From a virus, in IMG/VR virus record IMGVR_UViG_3300020204_000008: a DNA stretch of 64,000 nucleotides. One strand, written 5' to 3'. The notes beneath the pieces are model-generated. The model was given only the letters and a program-made list of their open reading frames with translations, ran no database searches and was not told where the DNA came from. Below, in pieces: positions 9,934 through 20,344 of this stretch. The first letter of the stretch is position 1. Every line of letters starts with the position of its first letter. The position numbers and the translations under genes were made by a program.

Positions 9934-10221
9934 TTATTTAAGAGCGTTGATTATTTTTACACACTCTGCGCATTGTTCATACATCTCATGAGATTCATAG
10001 AAAACTATGGCTCCCTCTAGTCCACTTATGAACTTATCCCTCGATAAGTTTATTGTGTATTCAGATTCATTGATCGATATCTTAATCACCTCGACCTCAA
10101 AATGACCATCGTCCTGATAGTGGTTTTTTATTGACTGTAAGAGATTGTCGTAGATCTCTATCTTATGGCGATTAAACACATCGTCAAGCCCAATGTCGCC
10201 TTGAAATTTAAGAATCTTCAT
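9934..10221 (-). CDS. Hypothetical protein with C-terminal E-x-YE-x-CA helical motif
   Basis: 95-aa ORF, first gene of the sigma factor operon. Confidence 0.6.
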   Translation of the reverse strand: MKILKFQGDIGLDDVFNRHKIEIYDNLLQSIKNHYQDDGHFEVEVIKISINESEYTINLSRDKFISGLEGAIVFYESHEMYEQCAECVKIINALK

Positions 10222-10253
10222 AGTTTTAATGTTTACACAGCGGTTTCAGTAAT

Positions 10254-10280
10254 ATTATACTAAAAAAAATTTTAACGTTT
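10254..10280 (-). promoter_or_regulatory. ECF-type promoter upstream of the sigma factor operon
   Basis: AAAC-N16-GTATAAT; the motif recurs at 8 other sites. Confidence 0.6.
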
Positions 10281-12251
10281 AAAAAATTTGTCCTTAATTT
10301 TTTGCATTTTTTCCAAAGAATTTACATCAAACACATGTTGACGATCTTTATTTCCTTTTTCTGATTGATTTAGAGGTGAATTAACTTCACGTAAAGTATC
10401 ATAATCAAATGCAGGTCGATTTGAATTAGACCTGAATAGGCTAAATATTTTTTCCTCGACTTCTTTTCTATATTCGTTAGAAGTGGCTTCGTAAGTCTCA
10501 ATTGAAAGTTCCCACAATTGATTTGATTCTAATGCTGGTGCCAAGTTTATACACGTCATTGCTAAATCATCATTTCCATTTTGTCCTCGATACGTCCCAC
10601 CCTTGCTTTTACCGAAAGCCATAAGTTCCATTACTGTTAAAAAGTCATTTGGCACGATCTTTTTAATCTCAACAAAGTATTTAAACTTTTCACAATATCT
10701 GATTTTATTCGTCGGCCCAAGTCTAAGTCCCGGTTTAACATTGACTGCCATCTCAGTGTGTTTAGTATGAACTAATTGGGATGACCAGTATGCATCATTG
10801 TCCTCTAGCCTATTCTTTATTATCTCTCCTTTATGATTCATCTCAAGCACGATCCTGACGTTTTCGGGATTAAATAGTTCGTATGTGATAAATTCAACGC
10901 CTGCCGCAAAGTCATTGATATCGTATTCATTGGTCCTAAATGTCGCAACTTGTATTAAAGAAGTGGTGTCGATCTCTCCACGAATTGCCTCTTTTTTTCT
11001 AAGAAGCTCGTTTACGGGTAGGCATGCCATCTTATATATGTTCAAGACTGAATAGTCTCCTCCGGTTCCATCTGCAGTATCGATTGAAAATACGTATTTT
11101 GCAGCATCTTTCTTATAGTCATGATAGAGCCGATTGGCATAGTTCGGATGCACAGTAAAACAGCTATTGATCCACTGCTTTTCTTCAGGCAAAGTAAATG
11201 TCGTGTTTACGTAATTTGACTTGATATTATAGAGTCTCTTTAATTCATTGGAGTTTAAGAGTAACTGATCGGATGAAAAGAACTGTAGGCCATACTCCTG
11301 ATTAAAGTCTTCGACTGATCCGAGGTTGGCAATAACTGAATGCTTCCACGCCTCGTCCCTATCCTTAACCTGCCACCAGTCAACCCTAAGTGGAACATAA
11401 TCGCTTTTTCCAGCGATCGCATCGACCCAGATATCATAAAATTTATTTTTACCGTTTGGTGTTGACGTGATGATTACTTTTGCATTTGGGTCAGCTGTGA
11501 TTGTAGGCACGATTGCTCGATAAAACTCATCTAACTTTGCCTCATCGATGTGGGCAAACTCATCGATATACAGGATGTTTACAGTAAGACCGATACCTGA
11601 TTTTTTAGTGGTCGTCCTACCTACAATACGGCTATCGTTATCGAACTTGATATTACCTGAATTGATGTGTTTGATTCCAGGTTTCATAAAAAACGGTAGC
11701 CCATCAAGACAGATCCTAAACTTATCCATTAACTCACGAGTGGTAGTAAAGTTATCAGCAACGATTAGAGCAGTCTTGTCAGATTTGAATAGTAGAAACC
11801 AGAGGATAAAGATTGCTGACGTGACTGATTTACCAGTCTGACGACTTGCCATTAGGATATTCCACTTGTTTCCCTTAAATGATTGTAGTATCTGTTCTTG
11901 AAAATCACGAAGACCCTCAGTTTCCTTGATGTATTTGACACCGTCTCCAGTTTGGATCTTACAATAATTAGTCGCAAAGTAGAGAACATCAGCTTTGCAC
12001 TTTTTAAGTTCTTCTACTTCTTCTGGCGTATATTCAAAGGGCAGGTTTCCTCTCTTTAAGTTAACGTCATTGTCTTTGAATGGAGAATTATGTAGACCCT
12101 TAATGTCAAATCCATCATTTTCAATTGAGTCTAGAAGCTTATTGATACGATTGGTCGTCCAAATCGAAGTATTAGTGTCTTCCGCTGAGCCGGAAAGATT
12201 TGATAGTTTTCGATGGCTAAAAGCGCCACCATTCGTCATGACGTCTTTCAT
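10272..12251 (-). CDS. terL: Terminase large subunit (T4 gp17-like)
   Basis: LRDFQ, Walker A SRQTGKS, Walker B LYIDEFAH, ITSTPNG, nuclease motifs IDTADGTGGDYS and DDLAM. Confidence 0.95.
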   Translation of the reverse strand: MKDVMTNGGAFSHRKLSNLSGSAEDTNTSIWTTNRINKLLDSIENDGFDIKGLHNSPFKDNDVNLKRGNLPFEYTPEEVEELKKCKADVLYFATNYCKIQTGDGVKYIKETEGLRDFQEQILQSFKGNKWNILMASRQTGKSVTSAIFILWFLLFKSDKTALIVADNFTTTRELMDKFRICLDGLPFFMKPGIKHINSGNIKFDNDSRIVGRTTTKKSGIGLTVNILYIDEFAHIDEAKLDEFYRAIVPTITADPNAKVIITSTPNGKNKFYDIWVDAIAGKSDYVPLRVDWWQVKDRDEAWKHSVIANLGSVEDFNQEYGLQFFSSDQLLLNSNELKRLYNIKSNYVNTTFTLPEEKQWINSCFTVHPNYANRLYHDYKKDAAKYVFSIDTADGTGGDYSVLNIYKMACLPVNELLRKKEAIRGEIDTTSLIQVATFRTNEYDINDFAAGVEFITYELFNPENVRIVLEMNHKGEIIKNRLEDNDAYWSSQLVHTKHTEMAVNVKPGLRLGPTNKIRYCEKFKYFVEIKKIVPNDFLTVMELMAFGKSKGGTYRGQNGNDDLAMTCINLAPALESNQLWELSIETYEATSNEYRKEVEEKIFSLFRSNSNRPAFDYDTLREVNSPLNQSEKGNKDRQHVFDVNSLEKMQKIKDKFFKR

Positions 12252-12255
12252 TGGG

Positions 12256-12996
12256 TTAAATTATTTCGTTGATGTCCATAAAATCATCGTCAGCTTCGTC
12301 ATCATCATTCTTAAGCTCTATGTTTCTCTCTCGCATAAGTTCGGACTTATTAGATGGGTCCAATAGACTTCCAGTAGGTACTTTAATTGAGTCTGGTACA
12401 GATTCATCAGGTAAGCTATTAATTAGATTTTTTGTTCCTACTGTGATAAAGAATTGACCCTCAGTAGAGCTTGAATCCACAAATTCTGAGTCCGGGTTCA
12501 CTGGCGCAGCAGAATTCAGCTGACGATATGTGTCTTCAAGAAAGAGCACGTAATTGGCTTGCATCTTGGTGATGGAAGCCATTTTGTCCTGTAACTGACC
12601 CATGACCTCTATTAATCGAGGATGAGTGTTACCTGAGGTGATCTCTTCCATTACCTTGATAATGGTGATCTTAATTGTCTTTAATTGAAAGAAAAGGTTT
12701 GAGATATTGATAGTGTCAAGCTCCTTCTTATGTCGAGCATAGTCATTCTTTTCAAATATTCCAATATCCACGAAGTTTTTAAATAAAGAGTCTGTGATCT
12801 CCCTAGCCTTAACTGTGAATTGATTACTCATCTCCTCAAAATCATATGGACTTTCAGGTCTGGTCTTTTCAGAGATCTCATTATCTATTACCATGTCTCC
12901 ATGTGACTCAGTACCGATCGATCCAAGTAGGGACTGAATCTCGTCCCTGAGGTGAGCACGATTTTCTCGGCTCATTCCTGATTTGTTGCTACCCAT
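12256..12996 (-). CDS. terS: Terminase small subunit candidate (T4 gp16-like)
   Basis: HPRLIEVMGQL resembles the gp16-family HPRxxEV motif; directly upstream of terL. Confidence 0.65.
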   Translation of the reverse strand: MGSNKSGMSRENRAHLRDEIQSLLGSIGTESHGDMVIDNEISEKTRPESPYDFEEMSNQFTVKAREITDSLFKNFVDIGIFEKNDYARHKKELDTINISNLFFQLKTIKITIIKVMEEITSGNTHPRLIEVMGQLQDKMASITKMQANYVLFLEDTYRQLNSAAPVNPDSEFVDSSSTEGQFFITVGTKNLINSLPDESVPDSIKVPTGSLLDPSNKSELMRERNIELKNDDDEADDDFMDINEII

Positions 12997-13000
12997 TAAC

Positions 13001-13246
13001 TTATCTAATTTTATTTTCGTACTTGTCCAATGCTGGATTGGCGGTGATCTTTATTTGTTTTACTGCTTCAACCCATTCATAGACGATGCTCTCAACTTGC
13101 TCCAACAAATAATCAAGTAGAGGGTGAGCTCCAAACATCTGTGTAGAAAGGGTATTTTTTAAGATTTTGCCCTTATAATTAAATCCGATGTTTGATCGTT
13201 TTTCTCTGCGCTCAAAGATGGGACGATATATGCTGTTTTTTACCAT
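13001..13246 (-). CDS. Hypothetical protein
   Basis: 81-aa ORF packed between the gp6-like gene and terS. Confidence 0.6.
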   Translation of the reverse strand: MVKNSIYRPIFERREKRSNIGFNYKGKILKNTLSTQMFGAHPLLDYLLEQVESIVYEWVEAVKQIKITANPALDKYENKIR

Positions 13247-13247
13247 G

Positions 13248-14912
13248 TTAGTTTACCTTTTTTGGCCTAGGGACTATTTCCTTAATCTGAATATTTACTG
13301 GACCTAATGAATCTGGCGTGAGTCCGGCAGAATAAACATTTCCATACCTATCTGTAAATCCTCCTCTGATTATCGGAAGTTCCTGATAAGAGACGATAAT
13401 GTCATTAAACTCATCAAGCCCAATGTCTGAAGCAGAAGGATTCTGTATTTTTTGAATCTCGTTCTTTTTAGATATGATGTTAATTGAGACTGAGTCTACT
13501 CCATTTACCTCCTCAATTATCTTGATCAAGTCACTCTTAGGTATCCTAGTAAATCGGGTGTTCTGAATAAAATATTCTCCTAAATTATTTAGGATGTCAC
13601 GTTTAATGATTTCTGTGGAAACATCATCAAACACGATGATTGACGTGTTTATGACATATTCACTAGGAATAGGGTCGATTATCTGAACGTCGGTTGAGAT
13701 CATCTTGCTCCCTGATTTTTCAAGATATTGCAGAAGCTGATTTTTTTGATAGTCGTTCATTACGAATCGATCAAGGCTGGCACTAAAATAATCTTGAGCA
13801 ACACTAAAAGTTTTTCTGATGTCCGGTATTAGAAATAGGTTTAACATTCTAGAATCGACTGGGTCCAACGCAACATTAATAATCGAAAAGAGCTTGAGTT
13901 TTCTAAGCACGCTTTCATAATGGTCGACGTTAACTAGGGCAAAGCTCTTAGACTGCCTTGGTGCAAGAAGTCGAGTCAGCTTAGAGTCTTCAGCATTGGT
14001 TCCAAAGAATGGAGCATTTGTAGTAGTTATCTCAATGTATTGGTTTAGATCGATCTCATCTCCAAGTATGCTAAAGCCAGTATCTACAAATTCAAATTTA
14101 ATGCTGGATAGATCATTACTTCTTATGTTTCCGTTGGATCCTTCAGTCACTAAATATTCGACTAAGATGTCTGATCCTCGTGCAGGTATTCGACCATAGT
14201 TGCCATTTCCAAAAAATAGATCGACTCCACTCGTGATACCTGTCTTGATCATGTAGGCTTTTTCTCCCCTAGGCATGTCAATTATCGAATCGTACTTAGT
14301 CCATTGCTCCCCATTCACGTGTACGTTAACTATAAAGTTATCGATATAATAGTTTTGAGGGCTGCCTATCGCAAAGCTCTCAATCGGTTCGCCCTTAGCT
14401 GATACTGTCTGGGATTCTATGATTCCTTGGCGAATTCCCAACATAAGACCGTTTGTGGTGCCATTGAATGAAAACTTGATTTCGTCTTGAGGTAAGTCTA
14501 AGATATATGTCAGGCCGTTGTTTTTACAGCGAATTCTAGAAAGATTAGGTATGATAACAAAATCGGTTGGAGGCTCGCCGGCCCCTGCCTTAGTCGATAG
14601 ACTGATCTCCCCAGAAGCTGAAACTGCTCTACTTGGATTGTGGCCGGCAAGCGTAGCTAGTGAATAGACTGATGTCAATCGAGTGGCCTCGTTGATATTT
14701 AACTCAGTGATTGAGTCCTCTATATAATAGAATACTAATTGAGTAAGGTTTTCAACCACTAATAGGAGCTGACCGAACGGAGAGGCTGATGTGAATACTG
14801 CCCTGCTCTGATTAAACTTAGAAGTAAGATAGTTTATGGTCTGTGATAATAGGTCTTCAACATATATGCTGAGCCTATTAAAAACCTTAAAATTGTCTGT
14901 GACTTTTGCCAT
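13248..14912 (-). CDS. Baseplate wedge protein (T4 gp6 / baseplate J-like)
   Basis: ASPFGQLL...ATRLTSVYSLA, FFGNGNYGRIP, EYLVTEGSNGN, DHYE motifs. Confidence 0.8.
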   Translation of the reverse strand: MAKVTDNFKVFNRLSIYVEDLLSQTINYLTSKFNQSRAVFTSASPFGQLLLVVENLTQLVFYYIEDSITELNINEATRLTSVYSLATLAGHNPSRAVSASGEISLSTKAGAGEPPTDFVIIPNLSRIRCKNNGLTYILDLPQDEIKFSFNGTTNGLMLGIRQGIIESQTVSAKGEPIESFAIGSPQNYYIDNFIVNVHVNGEQWTKYDSIIDMPRGEKAYMIKTGITSGVDLFFGNGNYGRIPARGSDILVEYLVTEGSNGNIRSNDLSSIKFEFVDTGFSILGDEIDLNQYIEITTTNAPFFGTNAEDSKLTRLLAPRQSKSFALVNVDHYESVLRKLKLFSIINVALDPVDSRMLNLFLIPDIRKTFSVAQDYFSASLDRFVMNDYQKNQLLQYLEKSGSKMISTDVQIIDPIPSEYVINTSIIVFDDVSTEIIKRDILNNLGEYFIQNTRFTRIPKSDLIKIIEEVNGVDSVSINIISKKNEIQKIQNPSASDIGLDEFNDIIVSYQELPIIRGGFTDRYGNVYSAGLTPDSLGPVNIQIKEIVPRPKKVN

Positions 14913-14922
14913 GTAGCAACTT

Positions 14923-15008
14923 TATTTATTTTATTTATTCGAATATCTCTCATCTCAGCCTATTAATTTAATACTTGTATTTGGTAAAAGGATCTTGCTA
15001 GATAAATA
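14923..15008. promoter_or_regulatory. Divergent gp55-type late promoters
   Basis: ATAAATA on minus (14923-14929, 14932-14938) and plus (15002-15008), each pointing at its gene. Confidence 0.65.
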
Positions 15009-15028
15009 GAATAAAGAAAGACTTAATC

Positions 15029-16348
15029 ATGTTTAAATCTTTAGATAAGAAAAACATATACGATAATTCCCAAATCTCATTTTGCTTTGAGTTTTTCTCA
15101 CCAATGAGAAAGATGGATGCTGCAGCCAAGATATCAAGAGCACTGGGTAAAAAGGTAAAGTGGTTCACTGACGTGAAGAGCGATTTTAAGGCCACTAATG
15201 AGACCTTTAAGCTTGCACCAACTTATTCTAATGGATACAAGGAGATGCAGCTCAGCACGGGTCTTATGCCCTATCAAGAGGCAGTTCACATGTATTTAAA
15301 AGTCTCAAACATCATAGAAGCAATCGGTTTTACTACTGAGAGATGTAGAGTAAAGACTAAGATCAAGCTTAATGAAAACGCGTTACAGTTACAGACTAGC
15401 ATGACTAAATTAAACCGACTTAAATATTTAATAAGCCTGGATGAAAAAAGACTTTTTGAGTTATGGCCACAACCTGAAAATGAAAATCGATTGATGTATC
15501 AGAATCATTTTCAATACGTACAGCCTAAAAGATTATACGATATGATCTTGACCGAATCGATAGTTGAGCGAGGAGATTCAATTGAGCTAAGGTTTCCAGA
15601 ATCTGATTTTTTTGCCACTGATTTTTCTCAATTGTCTAGCGGAAAACTTAACGTTAACTATATTTCAGGTAAGGAGTATACTCGAAAAAAGAAGGAGGCG
15701 GTTGAGACCTTAAATATCATAATCGAACACCTTTACCAGACCTTGACTGAAAATTATACTTATTCTAATCAAGAAAAGATTAAGATATCTGAAATGGTAA
15801 AGGAATTTAGGTTTGCTATCGATTCGACTAAATCTCCATTGGGATTCAAATCAGCTTTCCCAGAAATAGATTTATACATTGATTTAACTAAGAACGAAAG
15901 ACTGATTGAATCAGTCTATCCTCAAATTAGAGAAAAAATATTTAGGGTAATTGTTGGCGGTGGAATCAGTGAAGCAACAGTCAACTATGATACTCGGAGA
16001 GCTAGGTTACAGATCAAGGACGCAAAGATCAAGAGAAGTATCCTATTGGAAGGAGTAGAATTTTTCGGTTGTGAAATTGAAGGCGACGTTAAGGACTGTC
16101 TTTTTGAAAATTGCATAATTCGAAATTCTAAATTAGATGGATGCTCGATCTTTTCAAACAACACAATTAATTTTTCTAAGCTAATCGATTGTGATTACTT
16201 GGGAGAGGCCAATGAGATTCGATCAAGCTTTTTAGACAATCCAGATACCAAGACGATAAACGCTAACTTGACCGAATGCTTAGTAAACAGAGGAAAGTTT
16301 ACCCTAAACTCAGAGGTCGATCGTTCCACTAAAATCATCAATGGTTAA
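15029..16348 (+). CDS. Putative amidoligase (COOH-NH2 ligase)-fold protein, apparently degenerate, with C-terminal beta-helix
   Basis: ISFCFEFFS...FKLAPTYSNG...MQLSTG...GFTTERC pattern; C-terminal CLFENCII/SKLDGCSIF repeats; ATAAATA at 15002-15008. Confidence 0.45.
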   Translation: MFKSLDKKNIYDNSQISFCFEFFSPMRKMDAAAKISRALGKKVKWFTDVKSDFKATNETFKLAPTYSNGYKEMQLSTGLMPYQEAVHMYLKVSNIIEAIGFTTERCRVKTKIKLNENALQLQTSMTKLNRLKYLISLDEKRLFELWPQPENENRLMYQNHFQYVQPKRLYDMILTESIVERGDSIELRFPESDFFATDFSQLSSGKLNVNYISGKEYTRKKKEAVETLNIIIEHLYQTLTENYTYSNQEKIKISEMVKEFRFAIDSTKSPLGFKSAFPEIDLYIDLTKNERLIESVYPQIREKIFRVIVGGGISEATVNYDTRRARLQIKDAKIKRSILLEGVEFFGCEIEGDVKDCLFENCIIRNSKLDGCSIFSNNTINFSKLIDCDYLGEANEIRSSFLDNPDTKTINANLTECLVNRGKFTLNSEVDRSTKIING

Positions 16349-16421
16349 CCCATAAGATACTTACAGAACGGCCTTCTTATTTGTTTAAAAAGATAAATAA
16401 TAAAAATAAACTAATCATAGA

Positions 16422-17477
16422 ATGGCTGTCTATAACAACTTACAGACGATTCGTCGCTTGACTAATTCAAGCTTGACGTCATTAATAGATGTAACAAACT
16501 TAAATTTTAAGAGCCTTTCAGATGCAAATCTAGAATTCCTAAATAACATTAATTACGATGAAGTGACTAATTCTTTGTCCATGTATTCTGGAACCTTTGA
16601 ATTGGCTGAGATCACTAATACTCTTACTATATCGCAAAGCAACACTCCGACATTTACTATCCAGTCTTCTGGAAATGCAGTCGGTAAATCTATATTAGTT
16701 GAGGTCTCTGAGACCCAAAGACAGAGATTTACCGACTTTCCTGCATATCCAGCAGTCGGTATTCCAGGAGAAATAGTATATACTGGAGTAGCCGGTTTAG
16801 ACCCAATATATGGAGAAGACTTAATTGGATATTTTCAAGACAGGGGATGGGTCAGTCTTACTGGCGGATATGGTTCTTCTGGAATAATTGCAGAGGGTTC
16901 AGGTACCAATTCAACGTATAGAATTAATACTGGAAATACTGCAAGCGGTGATTATTCAACTGTCTCTGGAGGACATAACAATACTGCTAGTGGATACGGT
17001 TCTACTGTTAGCGGAGGATACAATAACTCAACATCGATCGGCGACTTAAATACTGTCAGCGGTGGCTATGCAAACAGTGCCAGTGGATACTATTCTAGCA
17101 TTGCTGGAGGAGCTCAAAACTTTGCAGTAGATTTCGCAAGCGTTGGAGGAGGAGTTAATAACCTTGCCTTAAATATAGGTTCGACCATAAGCGGGGGTTA
17201 TGCTAACTTATCGGCCGGCTTGGGCACGACAGTCGGCGGTGGAGTGGTAAATACTGCAAGCGGATACTATTCTGCGATATTGGGAGGAATAAACAATAGT
17301 GACGCAGGCTGCTCGTGTGCTATGATTGTTGGGAGCAGCATCACGGCAAACCGTGCATGTACTACTTTTGTGAATCAGTTATCAATAATGAATCTGCCCA
17401 ACGGGTCTGCTGGACTACCTACTGGTGCAGTGTATTATTGCTCAAGCGATTCAAATAGACTCTATTTTGTACCATAA
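16422..17477 (+). CDS. Tail fibre / adhesin-like protein with 14-aa ASGxYSTVSGGxNN repeats
   Basis: About 9 tandem beta-roll (YadA-head-like) repeats; ATAAATA at 16393-16399. Confidence 0.7.
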   Translation: MAVYNNLQTIRRLTNSSLTSLIDVTNLNFKSLSDANLEFLNNINYDEVTNSLSMYSGTFELAEITNTLTISQSNTPTFTIQSSGNAVGKSILVEVSETQRQRFTDFPAYPAVGIPGEIVYTGVAGLDPIYGEDLIGYFQDRGWVSLTGGYGSSGIIAEGSGTNSTYRINTGNTASGDYSTVSGGHNNTASGYGSTVSGGYNNSTSIGDLNTVSGGYANSASGYYSSIAGGAQNFAVDFASVGGGVNNLALNIGSTISGGYANLSAGLGTTVGGGVVNTASGYYSAILGGINNSDAGCSCAMIVGSSITANRACTTFVNQLSIMNLPNGSAGLPTGAVYYCSSDSNRLYFVP

Positions 17478-17495
17478 TTAAAAAAATAAAAATAA

Positions 17496-17951
17496 ATGGC
17501 AGACGTTTTACCTGAGTTTGATCAATTAATCTTATATAATTCTAATAATCGATGGTCTGTGAAATACATCGTAAAATCAAGAGAAATTAATTCATTATTC
17601 GAGATCGCTGAGGTAAGGGAGGGTATCTTAAATCAACTTTTTTTACAAGTCTTAGAAGGGGTTAATTTATACATAAGACCAGTAGCTCCAGCCGAAAAAG
17701 ATGAAGGTCGCCGCATAGTACTGCTACAGATATTTGATCAATCAATCACGATCAGAACGGTTCCTAAAATAGGAATAGGACCCGATGGAGGTATTCTTTC
17801 TAAATTGCCTAAACCTGTTCGTACGAACAGTACTCAAAAGATAGGAATTCCATATTCTACGATTGAATCGGCAATAGACGACTTTAATTTTCAAAAGACT
17901 GTTACTTTAATGGTGAATGAGATTGACAACATAGTCACACAATCAGATTAA
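17496..17951 (+). CDS. Hypothetical protein
   Basis: 151-aa ORF with A-rich leader after the fibre gene. Confidence 0.6.
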   Translation: MADVLPEFDQLILYNSNNRWSVKYIVKSREINSLFEIAEVREGILNQLFLQVLEGVNLYIRPVAPAEKDEGRRIVLLQIFDQSITIRTVPKIGIGPDGGILSKLPKPVRTNSTQKIGIPYSTIESAIDDFNFQKTVTLMVNEIDNIVTQSD

Positions 17952-18763
17952 TAATACTTAAATTCATCGTAAAACCACTGATATTTGGTCTTGATCCAAT
18001 TGCAGGCACCTTGACCTAATACTTCCTTATAATCTGGTTTAAGAGGTTCAAGCTTCTTACGAATCTTGTGATCTCCATAGATACCGTATACTGAATCGTC
18101 TTCCTTTGTGATTTGTTCAATATTGTTAAAATCATGATTAAAATAGGGAACTTCTAAGTACTGATATATCTTCTTAATTTCTGGCACCGGGTCTTTTGCT
18201 AGGTCCTCATATCTAATAAATAGCATCTTATGATTTGTGCCCTCCTTAAATACTTGTTGTAACCTTTCGATTGCCATGCCTACGGGTTGACCTGCTGCCC
18301 AGACATCAATCCTTTTCTCAGTAGTTGTGCCCGTCATGTTTGCGTGGTTAACTATTCCTGAGTCTAGGTGTTGATTTTTACGAAAGTTCTTCTCCATTGA
18401 GGTGAATATGCCACGTAGATCTCTGACCATGCAAATGATTTTAGGTTCAGGATAGAATGAATTTAAGAAGCCGTAATGGACTCCCCAGCCTCTACTCTTG
18501 TCCAGGACATAAGGTTTATCTGTGATTGCATTAAAGAATCCCATCACTCCATCATGACAGAACTGAGTAAATCCAGTTCGCATTAGGAGCTGATCCTGTG
18601 CCTTAAATTCAGCTGAATTAGTGTAATTGTTTCTGGCAGCATACACTAATTCTAGGACACCTGAAGTGGGTGTCACATAGAAGTCTGGATTCTGACCCAT
18701 TATATTTTGTAAAAGGGTCGAACCCGATCTAGGTAGAGAAGACTGAAAGAATAATTTTTTCAT
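17948..18763 (-). CDS. Sulfotransferase family protein
   Basis: 5'-PSB loop SLPRSGSTLL, 3'-PB motif MVRDLRGIFTS, IRYEDL. Confidence 0.85.
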   Translation of the reverse strand: MKKLFFQSSLPRSGSTLLQNIMGQNPDFYVTPTSGVLELVYAARNNYTNSAEFKAQDQLLMRTGFTQFCHDGVMGFFNAITDKPYVLDKSRGWGVHYGFLNSFYPEPKIICMVRDLRGIFTSMEKNFRKNQHLDSGIVNHANMTGTTTEKRIDVWAAGQPVGMAIERLQQVFKEGTNHKMLFIRYEDLAKDPVPEIKKIYQYLEVPYFNHDFNNIEQITKEDDSVYGIYGDHKIRKKLEPLKPDYKEVLGQGACNWIKTKYQWFYDEFKYY

Positions 18764-19395
18764 ACTATGTTCGATGTATATTTTTTGTTTTGTATTACTT
18801 GATTGAATGACTGGATTATCCTGATCCTGTATTTACCTATACTTGTGTGATTATAACTCATGTGCTGGATCACCTTTGCATAAAAATTATCTATCTCCAT
18901 TCCAGAGTGGCTTCCCATTTCAAGTATGTCATCATAAAGGTTTGCAGATACTCCATACGCGTGTGAACAGACTATCTGATTTTTAAAAAAGGGCTCAATC
19001 GGTCCTCCAAAATAGAGCATGTCCCAATCATTAAGTATCTCCTGATTGATCGTGAGAAACTCGCTGGGATTCATTAAGAATTCAATGTCGTCTTCTAGTA
19101 TTAACACTCGACGGTATCCATTTATCTTGGCATGCTGGATCGCATTAAGATGGGATTGTCTACGACCCAATTGACCCTTAATGTACTTTTCTTCGCTCTT
19201 TATGAAGTCACGATAGCTAGTAGGATTAGGCATGGAGATCAGATCACTTCCTGCTATCCTGTGAAAATTAGTGATTCCAAATTTTTCAAACTGTTTGATC
19301 ATGTTTTGACGGCGATCCCCGTCTTTATCCATATTGATATAGAGTATCTTATCAAAATACTCATTTATGTTTACTGGTCGATAGGTAAAATCCAT
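18760..19395 (-). CDS. Glycosyltransferase, family 25-like
   Basis: YINMDKDGDRRQ, SHLNAI, ILEDD, WDMLYFG, HAYGV. Confidence 0.8.
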   Translation of the reverse strand: MDFTYRPVNINEYFDKILYINMDKDGDRRQNMIKQFEKFGITNFHRIAGSDLISMPNPTSYRDFIKSEEKYIKGQLGRRQSHLNAIQHAKINGYRRVLILEDDIEFLMNPSEFLTINQEILNDWDMLYFGGPIEPFFKNQIVCSHAYGVSANLYDDILEMGSHSGMEIDNFYAKVIQHMSYNHTSIGKYRIRIIQSFNQVIQNKKYTSNIV

Positions 19396-20291
19396 TATGC
19401 TGAAAGGATCTCGGTCAGATCAAATATGTTTAGGTCTAACAATGGACACTCATGATTTGCTCCATGAAAGTTATAATCAAAAAGATAACTGTCTGGCAAC
19501 TTAGTATCTTGTGGCAGATCGGCTACTACGTTATGGTGTATATCGTATCCAAAGATTTTAGGTGAGGTCCCGATCCACAGAACTGTCGATGGAAGCATCA
19601 TAGCGGCGGCAGCATGTTGCAGACAAGAATCTATTAGAATTCTTCGTTCTGAAAAGAGTAATAATGAGAGCATTTCCATGTTACCCATGGGTTCATGGAT
19701 AACCTCTGCGCCAGATATCACATGTTCACAGGATCGACATATTTGGATCACATGATGTGTTTGATTTAAAACTTTTACTATTTCTGTTGCTAAGTCAATC
19801 GGCATGTCCCTGGTCCATGAATAAACATACGGCTGATCATTTAGTGGACCGCCATTAGTCTGTATGACTGCAATCGGTCGGTCACGATGCCACTTTCTAA
19901 AGCCGAACTGTCGCTGTCTCACATTAAAGATCAATTCCGGTGATTCTCCAGAAAAATCTAAATCGTATATCTTACACCAATTTTCAATTAGCGAAAGTCT
20001 CTTATGAATGTGGTCGCTTGTAAAATAGGGTTCATGTTTAAAGATTAAGCTGTCCCTGCCATCGATAAAATCTTGATAGAAATATGGAGTCGTGCCTATT
20101 CTATACACTCGATCAATGAAAGGTAAATTTAGGAATATTTCAGGATGTGAGCAGACTACTATTAATTCTCGATCAGGGTGATTGTTTTTAATACATTTAG
20201 CAACTGCAGTAGCGGCTATGTTTTTTCCAAGCCCTCCCTCAATGTGAAATACTGAATACTTTTTTTCTTTCTTTTTAGTTGGGTTGCTCAT
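19395..20291 (-). CDS. Glycosyltransferase, family 9 (heptosyltransferase)-like
   Basis: GGLGKNIAAT N-terminal motif and IDSCLQHAAAAMMLPSTVLW. Confidence 0.75.
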   Translation of the reverse strand: MSNPTKKKEKKYSVFHIEGGLGKNIAATAVAKCIKNNHPDRELIVVCSHPEIFLNLPFIDRVYRIGTTPYFYQDFIDGRDSLIFKHEPYFTSDHIHKRLSLIENWCKIYDLDFSGESPELIFNVRQRQFGFRKWHRDRPIAVIQTNGGPLNDQPYVYSWTRDMPIDLATEIVKVLNQTHHVIQICRSCEHVISGAEVIHEPMGNMEMLSLLLFSERRILIDSCLQHAAAAMMLPSTVLWIGTSPKIFGYDIHHNVVADLPQDTKLPDSYLFDYNFHGANHECPLLDLNIFDLTEILSA

Positions 20292-20344
20292 CTCAGTAAA
20301 AGTTATAACGTTTATAACTATTACTTTGATTTGATAAAAAGTTC

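Noticed and set aside
16930-17300. Tandem repeats in the fibre gene as a CRISPR array or DGR target
   Set aside because: The repeats are degenerate at DNA level and conserved at protein level; no reverse transcriptase or template repeat was seen in the window.
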